64,000 nt of DNA, taken from positions 136,896,001 to 136,960,000 of the forward strand of contig CM097883.1 in assembly GCA_044892505.1 (NCBI GenBank). The letters are read 5' to 3'. How positions within the stretch are numbered: the stretch's first letter is position 1; each line of letters begins with the position of its first letter. Made by a program: the position numbers and the translations under genes. Below, piece by piece: positions 13,800 to 25,658 of the stretch. Source of the stretch: Schmidtea nova (Eukaryota). The notes below the pieces were generated by a model. That model searched no databases. It was not told the DNA's origin and saw only the letters and a list, made by a program, of their open reading frames with translations.

Positions 13800-14367
13800 G
13801 AAAATTACCATTGTAATAAACATTTCCCTAATTTATCAGTAATATGTAGTTAACTATTTTTGCCAAATTTTCGTCACTTCTCAGTCGAGATATTATTATG
13901 TCAATACTGCTGTAGTCAGTGGAATATAATGCTCCATATTTTACAGGAATTTTCAATGTTGATAAAAAGCTATTTTACATGATTATTAGTTCATTTGTGC
14001 ATTTGTTACTACGGGCGAGCGCGTTGACTAATTATTTCTACAAACGATTTTAGATCTGTTCTAAAATAGCTGGGGAATGTTTTGTATAAGAATTAATATT
14101 TCATTAGCATTTTCATTTGCAATAATAGTCGAAATAGAACTTGAAAAACAATAAATAATCATTGTATGAAGGAGCGCTCTGATAACCTTAAACCAAACAA
14201 TATTGACACGCCAAAGCCACAGACTAAATAAGAAGTCACTCCAAAATTCTTGACTTTTTAGAGTTTTGGATAAACATTGTTCTTTGACTACATTCTGGCT
14301 TAGGCATCCGCAGGTCATCACGCTCATCACGCTCATCACTGACTGATTCACTGACTGATTCTATAAC

Positions 14368-15188
14368 GCAAGTCAAGTGAAGGTGCTTATTGAATCGAGA
14401 AACATTTAGGATAAAAGGCGAAAGATTATATGGAAACATTTAGGATAAAAGGCGAAAGATTATAGGGTGACATTTAGGATAAATAACGAAAGATTATAGA
14501 GAAACATAGGCAGACATTTAGGAAAAAAAGACGAAAGATTATATAGAAACATTTAGGATAAAAAGCGAAAGATTATATGGAAACATTTAGGATAAAAGGC
14601 GAAAGATTATAGGGTGACATTTAGGATAAATAACGAAAGATTATAGAGAAACATAGGCAGACATTTAGGAAAAAAAGACGAAAGATTATATAGAAACATT
14701 TAGGATAAAAAGCGAAAGATTATATGGAAACATTTAGGATAAAAGGCGAAAGATTATAGGGTGACATTTAGGATAAATAACGAAAGATTATAGAGAAACA
14801 TAGGCAGACATTTAGGAAAAAAAGACGAAAGATTATATAGAAACATTTAGGATAAAAAGCGAAAGATTATATGGAAACATTTAGGATAAAAGGCGAATGA
14901 TTATAGAGAAACATTTAGGATAGTAGTAATTGTAAGGTAATTGTAAGGCACCCGTTGACAAATCATAAAATAAATGAACAATTTGATGTACGAAATTTTT
15001 ATTAAAAATTCAATTTCTTTTATTCTTAAGCAATTGAAAATTATTTCTGTTATATATATGGAATGGCAAAAAAATTGTTTTTATTGAAGAACGTCTTGAA
15101 AAACTACATTCCGTGTGAATTGTCTTTGATCATTCAATAAATTTCCTTGCTGTGGATTCGATTCAATAAGCACCTTCACTTGACTTGC
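14368..15188. mobile_element. MITE-like element A with perfect 31-bp terminal inverted repeats
   Basis: gcaagtcaagtgaaggtgcttattgaatcga (14368-14398) is the exact reverse complement of 15158-15188. aac flanks both ends (possible 3-bp TSD). Confidence 0.65.
14399..14920. repeat. Minisatellite: ~34-bp monomers in a 147-bp higher-order repeat (x3)
   Basis: Monomer aaacatttaggataaaaggcgaaagattatatgg; higher-order units start at 14434, 14581, 14728 and 14875. Confidence 0.9.
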
Positions 15189-15264
15189 AACTCTTGATTA
15201 ATTTTTAATTTTTATTTTGCAAAATAAATTTTTATGATTTGTCAACCGGCGCCTTACAATTACC
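14936..15264. mobile_element. MITE-like element B with ~35-bp terminal inverted repeats
   Basis: ggtaattgtaaggcacccgttgacaaatcataaaa vs ttttatgatttgtcaaccggcgccttacaattacc (2 mismatches). Confidence 0.6.
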
Positions 15265-15364
15265 TAGTACTTTAATAGGAACTGACTAAACCTATCTTAA
15301 TCGTTGAACTTTATATATTTAGCATGACCCTCGTATCCAATAATTAGCATCGGCTTATTTCTAG

Positions 15365-16048
15365 GTAATGGTATTTATGTCGACGTGCTTAGAAGTGGAA
15401 TTTTATTTTGTGATATTGAATAGTCTAAATCTGCCAGTGTTAGCAATTCATGGGAAGCGAACTCAAGCTGAGCGGTTTGAAAGTTTTGAGAAATTTAAAG
15501 AGAATGATGCGGCAATCATTCTTTGTACTGATGTAGCGGCTCGAGGTTTAGATGTACCTCAAGTCGACTGGGTTATCCAGTATGATCCTCCCGATGATCC
15601 CAAGGAATATATTCACAGAGTTGGCCGTACGGCGCGTGCAGGCAAAGCTGGGCAAGCTATGATTTTCCTTAGACCCGAAGAAACAGATTTTCTTTGGTTG
15701 CTTGCTAAGAATAAAGTTCCATTGGCAGAATTTGAATACGAAGAATCTAAATTGCCGCCAATTCAAGAACGATTTGAAAAAATTGTCGAACATCCCGGAG
15801 TTCAGCGTTTAGCAAAGGCGGGCTTCATTACATTTGTACGGGCTTATCGTAACTTTACTTTGAGTTGCTTCGATATTAACAAGTTAGAACTTGTTGCATT
15901 AGCCAAGACATTTGGCATGAAGGAACCGCCACTCTTTTGGATAGATGTTTCCCTCAAATCAAATCGTAAATCTGACAAGCGAAAGAACGAAATCGGAAGG
16001 AACAGTGACGGATGTAATGTTCCATCTAAACAGATGAAATACAAATAA
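15365..16048 (+). CDS. DDX18: DDX18/HAS1-like, coding exon 2 (joined protein ~527 aa; intron 12687-15364)
   Basis: tttctag acceptor at 15363-15364 joins KKK|VMVFMSTC. TDVAARGLDVPQVDWVIQYDPPDDPKEYIHRVGRTARAG is characteristic of DDX18/HAS1. Confidence 0.9.
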   Translation, partial: VMVFMSTCLEVEFYFVILNSLNLPVLAIHGKRTQAERFESFEKFKENDAAIILCTDVAARGLDVPQVDWVIQYDPPDDPKEYIHRVGRTARAGKAGQAMIFLRPEETDFLWLLAKNKVPLAEFEYEESKLPPIQERFEKIVEHPGVQRLAKAGFITFVRAYRNFTLSCFDINKLELVALAKTFGMKEPPLFWIDVSLKSNRKSDKRKNEIGRNSDGCNVPSKQMKYK

Positions 16049-17109
16049 ATTTAATTTTTCTGTTTTATTTGTTTTAATAATTAGCTATTTATGTTTCACA
16101 ATGATTTCTACATTTATAGAGACGCTTGCGCTTGTAATATTATAAATTTTTATGTTTTTTGCTGTCACATTTTAACCAATTTGTCTTGACTAGAATCAAA
16201 TTGGCAATTTTCAAGATTTCTATAAAATGTATAATTAACATTTAATAAATAGTGATAACTATTGAAAAGAGTTGTTTTTTTATTGTGAGTAGAACGATAT
16301 TATCTGTTCGAACTTAAAATTAAAGAAAATTTCAAATTTTATCAGTTTCAAACATGAAAGATCAATGGTAAAGTGCTAAAGATATTATCCTTACAAGTTG
16401 CGTCGAAAAATATTCCAAGATAAACCGAAACGCCAGACTCATTTGAAGCTAGCCGAACGGATAGTAAAACTCCAAGCAGCATACTTTCCTCAACAGTACG
16501 TAAGAAAACTGCATCAGAAAGTATTCCGTTGTCATGCAAAGGTGATGTTGCAGGATGACCTCTTTCCTACCAAATCGGAACTGCGAAATCTTCGGGAAGC
16601 ACTAGATTGTTCTTTTATCTAGAAGGAGTTTTCTTTAACAGAAACGAGAAATTTAATTGTAAAATTTTAATGATCAATATTATTGAAATTTAATTGTAAA
16701 ATTTTAATGATCAATATTATTATTAAAGAGGTGGCAAGAAGGAATGGAAATTTATGCAATTCGTTATATGCTGACACGTTCCAACTTTCTGCGGGAAAAC
16801 CTGTCCTATTTTACTATGGAAAACCAAGTTGGTTTTTATTTAAGAACCGTAAAATGCGAAATTCATGCGGCTCTTGACTGTTCAAACAAACAAGTTCAAT
16901 TTTTAAAGTGAAATGATTTAATATTAGTCTCGACATTGTTAATCGGAAAAAGGAAAATAGATAAAGCTTATTCAAGAATCTCATTCAGTACCAAGAAAGA
17001 AACAATTTTTCTATCATTAACGTCATAATGAAATACAAGTTCAACAAATATAGTTTTATTACAAATTACACAAAAAAATATATACAAAAATAATACTAAT
17101 AATAATTTT

Positions 17110-17700
17110 ATCATTTATTATTTCTACGTTTACAGCACTTGTTAAATAGTGAAACATATTACGCCAATATCCATTACAATCTTCGGATGTAATTTGTGAA
17201 GCACTGGATGAAATAGCATTATTTAACTCAACTTAATTAATACAATTGGCCTGACGTACCATACTATTCCACTTTGAAAAAAAACTTTCAATAGGGAAAA
17301 CTTTCAATGGCGAATAAGACGACTGAAAATTTAATCGATGCCATCTCGTGGCGATCAATTTCCTTACAGCAATCACGTGATTATTGCAGCATTGTCCATT
17401 ATAACAACACAATTCCCCAAACCCCTTCGTTGAAATTCCTCAAATACGTCACCTATATATTCAGCAATATGTTCACGATTGAAAGCATTATCTCGAACAC
17501 GGAAATTAAGAGCACCATTCTTACATATCGTGCTGCATACTGATATGTTCCTTGTTCTAATTTGGCCTACCTGCAAAACTGGATTCCATCCTATCTTTGC
17601 TCGGCCGTATTTGTTTCTCATCGAATTAATGTACAGCCAGTTAGTTATATAAGTAAAGAACACTGTGAAGTTTGGTTCGTGATCATGATCATTTCAGTGA
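17110..17700 (-). pseudogene. Tc1/IS630-type DDE transposase C-terminal relic
   Basis: CVVIMDNAAI motif. Further downstream, after frameshifts, ITSEDCNGYWRNMFHYL, typical of the DDE_3 C-terminus. Confidence 0.7.
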
Positions 17701-18080
17701 CAGATATTTAGGTGCTGCTTGTGGAAAGTTCAACTTTTCAAGAAGAATACTTCGAATGCTTCTAGTGGTATTTAATAACGTGAAAGGTTATTAAATGCAA
17801 TATATTTTAAAATATGGTATAAATAAATTGTTACTCTTTTAGCGCTTTTTAACACTTTAAAATAATTTGACAATTTTATGATTTTGTATCTGTACAATCC
17901 CATTCACCAGTCAATTCAAGCCAACCAATCACCTTATGACTATCTATATATAACTACGTGTGATTCTAATATCCATGATAACTAGTTTATGACAATTTTG
18001 TGATTTAATCTTGTGATTTTAATTTACGCCAGAAATGGGCATTTAATTTTGTACATTTCATGTGATGTTAATTTAAAAAA

Positions 18081-18113
<33 letters not shown>

Positions 18114-18942
18114 CAGTGTGCGTTGGGATCCTGAATATCGAGACCTCGGCATATACAAAGCTGCTTGACTTAAACATTTTTTACCTTAAAATTTTACCTT
18201 TGAATTTTAATATGTATAAAGTATTATAGTATGTGTATAGAATAATGTTAACGTAATGCGCAAGAGCGTTAATGACCATGTGTTTAAGTAGATTATGGTT
18301 TCTGCACACACCGTCTGCACTCTTTTAAACACTGGTAATTTTCTTCAACCAAACTGGCAATTTGCTGTTTTTCTTGCCGCTTTTACAGTTTACCAATTTG
18401 TCAACAAAATGGTTGTTTTCTAAACTTGCGGTCAAATTCGATTATGACTTTCAGTAATTGGAATTTTGATAATTAGAATTTGTTCTAATTTGATTTATTT
18501 GATCCGCGCTTTTGGTAATTCGAGTTCCTCTCGTGTTTCACTTTGCTCGGGCTCTCCACTAGCCCAGATCTTCCATGTACTCGGGTTTTCTACATGACTA
18601 ATAAATTATTCATAAATTTTTAATTAATTTCTTTTTACTAAATTTCTTTTTCTGGGGACCCCCCGTGAATATTATTATCATATTCGTACTAGTCTTTCCA
18701 TTTGCCATCTGTAAATTTCAATTTCCCCCGTTAAATATTTTTTTTAATTTCTCAAATTATTAATTAATTTTTTGTACTTCTTTATTAATTTTGAATTTAA
18801 CGCTTTTCAGCCTTTTTATTGATTTTCTTTCATCCCCCAACACACTCTCATTTTTTGCACTACTTCAGCCTAACTCCAACAATAAAAATAAAATAAATAA
18901 ATAATACTGATGTTTAAATAAATTATATTTATGACCTATAAG

Positions 18943-21900
18943 CAGGACCGGCACTAGAGTTTCCGACGATGTGTGAAAATTTTATATTGCCGCCTTTGTT
19001 TTCCATAATAAAATTTTAAAAAACGAAAAAAATACATAAAAATTTAACTTTATTTCTTTTAATTGATTTCATATTTATTATAAAAACATAAAATCTTAAT
19101 ATTCATATTTAATTATAAAAAATCCTAATATATAGCTACTTTGAAAATAAAGCTTTTCTGGCTTTCATTCGAGAAAAATTTAATCGCAAATCTTCAATAT
19201 TCAAGTCATTCACGATTTCGCTTTCAATGGAAATAGTAGCCAAATTGTTTAGTCTATCTTGACTCATGCTTGATCTTGAATAGTTTTTTATAATTTTTGC
19301 TTCTCTGCACATGCTACCGTAATTGGTAATGTAAGAAGAATTCTTTATACAACAGATACATTTGCATAGATTTCGTTTAAATTATTTTTATACAAACATT
19401 TTAAAAATTTTTCTGGTCCTAAATTTTCGGAAAATTTTGAGGAAAGGGATTTAAGTTCAAAATGTAATTCTGCTACTGAAATATCTTTTTGAGATATTTC
19501 AGTCAGTTTAATTTTCAATCTGTTGCAACAAATTTTGAGTTCTTCATCCGGCATCGAGAAGAGACTTTTGATGTCGAATAAAAAATTGAATGGTTCAATT
19601 CCATCTTGAAAGGCTTCAAATCTATCTTTTATCACCTGTTTAGCACACTCAAACATCTTATCGAAAACATTTTGTATATATGTTTTCTTTGGACATACAT
19701 TTTCTTCTGTAGTTTCACGCTCATCAAAAAATCGTTTTCGTTTTCTTTTCCTTCCAGCGGATTCAATGAAAAAAAAACTATCCACTTTTAAAATATAAGC
19801 AAGTTCCTGTGCTTGTAAAATGATGGTATCAAATTTATTTTGGATATAGCTTTTCTTCAAGAAAGTCATTGTTCTTTCCAGTGATATTGAAGCCTCCATA
19901 ATATTCATTGTAACTGATTGAAGTTGTTTGCTTGTCAAATTAATTTCAAATAAAAGTTCATACCAAATCTTAATCGAACATAGGAAATCGAAACTTGTTA
20001 TTTTTTGAAGCAATTGATTCTGCTGTAATTTTCACAACTGCCTTCCTGTGTTGATTTAGCAACATCTTGGAGGGCTTCATATATTTTTGGCAGTTCAAAG
20101 TGAAGAGTTTTTATAGCATTGATATGACTTTCCCATCTCGTATCGCTTAGTGTTTTAAGAGTTAAATATGGACATTTTGACTGTAAAATTACCCATCTTT
20201 TTGTTGACGCAAAAAAGAACTTATAAACTTCTTCAATCATGTTGAAGAATAAGGCAATCTGGGATGAACACTTTACTGAATCGACCACTACTAAATTTAA
20301 AGTATGACTGCAGCATGGTATATAAAATGCTCGGGAGCTTTTATTTAGTATTTGAGCTTGAACGCCCTTTCTAACGCCATTCATATTCGCTCCATTATTA
20401 TAGCTCTGGCCTCTGATGTTTTCAATCAAAAAGTTATACTTTTCTAGAGAATCAGTTATTGCCTTTGTTAATTCAATTCCTGTTGAACCATCTATCAAGT
20501 GGAATCCAAGAAAACTTTCATTTATATGTATTTCGTTTTTGATATCCACGTCTACATATCGAATCTGCGTTGACATTTGTTCCTGGTGGCTGATGTCTGG
20601 TGTACAATCAACATTAATATAAAAGTACACGGATTTTTTGACCTTCTTTAAAATTTTGTTTGTTATGCAATTGCCAATCAAGCCCATAATTTCATTCTGG
20701 ATGCTTTTTCCTAGGAAGTGCACAGATTTCGGGTTTGCTTTTGCTCTTACTAGATGTTTCTCCATAACCGGGTTGAATTCGGCTAGAAATTCTAAACTTT
20801 TTAGAAAGTTTCCATTATTGTCGTCATAAGCTTTGTCAGAAGACCCTCTAAATGCCAAGTTTTGTTTTGTCATCATAATTGTTAAGAAAATTAATCTTCT
20901 TAGCACATTGTCCCAATGTTCCACCTCCTTTTTTAGGCTTTTGTACATTATGGTATATACTGATGATCCTTTCTGCAATCTATTTTTTAGTTCCATCCAT
21001 TTGCTGAAGCAGTCAAAATGTTTAACACTTCGTTCGTGTCGTTTTAAAAGCTGTGAAATATATCGCCAATCATTAACACCATTGCGAGCCAACATAACAG
21101 CAACAGGATTTAAAACAAATATTTTGCAGCAAAAACAAAAAACTTTATCAGTCTTTTTGGAATAAACTAACCAAGATCTATGAATTTTTTCACCATTATC
21201 CATAACTCTGTGAAAATAATGATTAGAAAAACTTAATTTTTCCGAGTTTTTAGGATAATGGCTCAAATTTTCTTTGTAAATATCGGTTCCTTTAATTACA
21301 GAATGTTTAATAAAATCTTTGTTCAAAGCTTCTGGCAAGTCACTGATATCATCAAAGCATAATACAGTAACAACTGATGCAGTCGCCGGTTCAAATGTTG
21401 GGCTTATTTCAATTGGATCAGCAGGGTCATTAGAGTTGGCTACACTTATTTCCATTAATGTTTCTGTTTCAGATCCCACTTCAACATCTTGAATAATGTC
21501 TATTAGATTTATATTGGCCAATTCCTGACGACGAGGTTGCAACAAAAATTTCCCAACAACGTTTGATTTTTCTTCATTTCCACCTCTTTTTCTGTCGTTT
21601 TTGTTTTTATTCCCAACCAGAAGGTTTTCTCTTTTCCATAGTTTTCTTAGACAATAGTAAAAATGGGTCTTTATAAAAAATATTAAAATTTTAAGTTTAA
21701 ATTAATTTGATTTACTAACAAATTTGAAATTTCTATTCTTTAAATTAACGACAATAAAATCTTGTTTTTTTATATTATGGTCAAATATTTTAATTGTTTA
21801 CATATTAAGATTCTGTTTTTATAAATTATGGACAATCACTTTTCTTTATTTTTTAGTGAACAAACACTTTTCTAATATTATGTAACTTGTATATTAATTA

Positions 21901-22340
21901 AGAAACAGTTTCAGCAAGCACTTACCAGTATGTGAAATTAAATGAAACTAAACCAGAATGAAAATTGCTCTGATATAAGAAATTTCTTTTTCCGCTTACT
22001 TAATTTTCCTTTTTTTCTTTTTCCGCCTACTTAACTATTTTTAAAAAATGATTTATGCTTGATAATGGGAATAAAAATTTTCAAATTAGACACATTGTTA
22101 AACTAGAATAGAAGTTGCACAGAAAATAAATAATATTTTTTTTTGAAAAATAACTCTTTTTCAAAAAAACTTATTCTTCACAGACGAAACAATATTGTCC
22201 AAATTTGAAACGTTATTAAACTTGAATGGATATTGCTCTGAAAATAAGAAATTTCTGTACAATTTTGCCACCTTTTTGTATTTTTCTACCTTGGCGCCTG
22301 CGTGAAAATCACGCATCGTACCCGCCTCACGCCGGGCCAG
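18943..22340 (-). mobile_element. hAT DNA transposon (~3.4 kb), defective
   Basis: Termini caggaccggc (18943) and gccgggccag (22340) are imperfect inverted repeats. Flanks cctataag / cctacaag form an 8-bp TSD with 1 mismatch. Confidence 0.8.
19136..21639 (-). pseudogene. hAT (ZMYM1-like) transposase with stop and frameshifts
   Basis: MEKRKPSGWE start; TTF-type zinc finger (WLVYSKKTDKVFCFCC); DUF4371-like AFRG, VDCTPDISHQEQ, QSYNNGANMNG, CCSHTLNL, DTRW; C-terminal dimerisation motif SMSQDRLNNLATISIE. Confidence 0.88.
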
Positions 22341-23126
22341 CCTACAAGGGTTAGCAAAATGAAATAATTCCAAGGTTAAAAAATAATTCTGTTTTGAAAA
22401 CAATTTCAATCAATTCAAGTAGAAAAATAACAATCATTATTGGCAAATTAAGTACCTTAAAAATTAATATATAAAATGATTGATTTTTCAGTCAAAGCAC
22501 CCATAAAATCTTCGCTTAAGAAACATTTCTTAGTTAAAATCGACTTTGAAAATTTAAATTCGAGCATACAATATATCGAGCTCAGAGACACATTTGAGCA
22601 CAAACACACATAAATGATAAAGAAATATATATTGAAATTGTAACATTTTATCAGGTAATTGTAATTGTTATATATTGGATAAAATCTTTGAACCAGTGTT
22701 ATTTTATTTTTTTTATATAAGATACTAAGTTGAAATTCTGGGAACCTCAACAGAAGTGAAAATATGGGAATCAGGATTCATCAGTGTACAATTGTAGCGC
22801 CAATGTGGTGACACAGATTTAAAAAATTAAATAAATCATTTCATGGCGTTTTTGTAAGATATTATATTTTAATCGCGGCTGAGTGTCCCCCTAAACGGAT
22901 GATTAGTTAATGAGACTAATCTTATAATTTGTTTTTCTTACCACACTGACTGATGAGATTACTTAAATGATTAATGAAATTATTTAAATTAATTAATCAA
23001 TTCGTAATTTTGCTCTAGCTCCAATTAATTTATAATTATTTTTTACCGTTTTCAACTTTCAATTTATCAATGATTACTACTTTTTACACTGACTAATATT
23101 GATTTTTACTGTTTTTGAAATTTTAA

Positions 23127-23174
<48 letters not shown>

Positions 23175-23899
23175 AAAAAAATGAAATTTTTTTTCTGTCA
23201 TTTTGTTGTATCATAGTAATGTCAGAATTTTGAAAATTTGCAAAGTCATGATTTCACCGATTAGATGTCAAAGTTTGATGAATTTTTGTTTTGAAAAAGA
23301 AAGCCATCGGTGAAATCCATGAGTCTCCCCATTTGCCATCCATACATACCGATTTCCCTCGTTAAATCTTTATTTTTATTTCTTTCAAATTTTTAATTAA
23401 TTTTTCAAAATTAATTATCTTTTTTTGATTTTGTGTTTTTTAATTGATTTGCACATAATTTTAGTACATTTTATTTTATTTTATAATTATCTAAGCATGA
23501 CCTCAACAAAAATATCGGACTCTTACTTCTTTTCTATTATCTTCACCAATATCCTCGTCATCACCATCTCGTTTACCATCTTCAATGTCACTCCCGGTTC
23601 CTTTTACAATGTCGTCCTTAACATTTTTCATTTTAAATATTTCGTCATAAATTATCTATCTTTTTCCGTTTAATAGTTTTTCAAATATCATTTTCAATCT
23701 TTAGCAATAGTACTTGTTCGATTTGATTTTCGCAAGCATATCAATTTTCTTTTTCACTTTTTCCGTTTCTTTATCTTCGACTTCATTTAATTTGTGATAT
23801 TATTTATTTGACTTTTGATAACTGTCTCTTAGTTTTGATTTTTTATAATCGTCTCTTTCAGTTCTTTGATTCAGTTCTTTTGTTTTAATGCTTTCCGTT

Positions 23900-24639
23900 T
23901 CTGCTAATCTTTGGCTCATGCTACATGCATCGTCGAAATATTTTCTTTCTCTTCTTCCTTGAACATATTTCTGGGAAAATTTCTTCTATCATAATTTTCA
24001 TCATAATTTTATTTCTCTATTTCTGGTGAAATGGCCTGTTTCACCACATGCCAAACACTTTAATTTAAATTTCTTTTTCTTTTTTGACACGACAGTGCTC
24101 ATAGCTTATATTTTCCAGCTTTGCGTTTCTCTGGGCATTTCACCCTCTAACAGTATTAGAGCTTTTTTGATTAAGAAATCCTTGTCCTCCATCCCCCTTA
24201 TTTGCAATGCCTTCGATACTGCGGCTGGGAGACCAACAACGAAAGCCACTATAATTCCTTCATCGCTTATTCTTGCCAGCTCCCTGAGACGTTTTAAAGA
24301 TTGAAAATACAACTCCACAGTTTCGCCTGATTGCCATATCCTCGATTTAAATGCTTCAAATACAGCGAACGGGTTTAGACCGAAAGTCTTCACCAGAATG
24401 GTCTTCGAGTCTGAGTAACTGCTTTTTGCGAGATCTGCTGACGGCACCATGTCTAAAGCTGCTCCTTGTAAAGTAAGGTGAATTAGCTGACTTATATGTG
24501 GGAAGGCTTCTAGCAATTGACTCTGTAATTCAAATTCCTCCACATACTTGACAACATCTCCTTCTCTCGAATATTTATGGAAGATCTTAATATTTTTTAA
24601 TATAGCCACGATAGCTTTTGTAGTCATTGCTAAAAACAA
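23900..24639 (-). pseudogene. Ty3/gypsy-like gag relic
   Basis: Retrotransposon gag-like core (LTLQGAALD..GETVELYFQSLKRL..AFVVGLP), followed after a stop by a degenerate CCHC knuckle CLACGETGHFTRN. Confidence 0.65.
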
Positions 24640-25124
24640 ATAGAAAGAATGATAAGATTTATTTAACGCTCAATTATTTAGAGATTAAAGAAGAACTGCA
24701 ACATAATATTTAATGAATTATTAAGTAGTCATTAACTTATGATGTAACAAGAATCTGCATCATTACAAAACCAACAAAAATTTGGATCGACAAGGGCATT
24801 GGATAAAGTCCGCATGATCAAAATGAGGATTCACTACTCATTTGGTATTAATTATACAAAAGATTTCAGTAAGACCATCCAAACCTCTCACCACAAGAAC
24901 ATTTTTCAAATATAAAGCTAGATTTAAGAACAATATTAAAAAATATTTTTTGGTATTTATTTCTTGTTATTTATAAAATTTCAATTTGATTTCAATTATT
25001 TTATTATATCGTTTGTTTTATGAAAAAAAATACTTTTTAATGTTATAATTATTTTAACGAAATCAGACAATTAAAGTCGTTTAAAGATGATAACTTATTT
25101 TATTGCACAATAATAATGAAATTA

Positions 25125-25247
25125 AAAATCAATTTTCCACAACTTTGAGTTTTAATCCAAAATTTAAAAAAATAATCGATTTCACTGTGAAATCGATTAT
25201 TTTTTTTAATTTTGGATTAAAACTCAAAGTTGTGGAAAATTGATTTT
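25125..25247. repeat. 123-bp near-perfect palindrome (61-bp arms, 1-nt centre, one mismatch)
   Basis: aaaatcaattttccacaactttgagttttaatccaaaa..taatcgatttcac-t-gtgaaatcgatta..ttttggattaaaactcaaagttgtggaaaattgatttt, centred on 25186. Confidence 0.95.
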
Positions 25248-25658
25248 GAAATTTTCACAAATAATTTTTTCAAAATTTTAATTATAAAACCCGTTTTCTT
25301 AAAAGAAATAAAAAACATAAATTTTTAAAATATATTCCGATAGCTCAGCAGTAATCATCAATGTAATCTTATAAATATTTTTAACTCTTCATTTATTTAG
25401 GGGTTAGACGATTTCATCATCAAAACCTCGCAAGATATAAATTCTCAATAGTTTTGAAACCTTGATGTTTATTATTTTTAGACAATTTAAAATTTAAATT
25501 TAAAACTCTTACCAAGAATTAATTTTACAATTACATTCAAATATTTTCATTCTATTAAAAGAATATTTAAATATTTTTATCCAACAGATTTTATAAAAAT
25601 ATTTATTAAAATCTTTAATAATTTGATTTCCGAGTTTGAATTGAAAGAAATTCGATAA

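Noticed and set aside
14434-14875. 147-bp repeat period equals nucleosome core length
   Set aside because: The period follows from the ~34-bp monomer mix and there are only three units; coincidence is likely.
16340-16900. Coding-like segment downstream of DDX18
   Set aside because: No recognisable motif in any frame, so it is not supportable as a feature.
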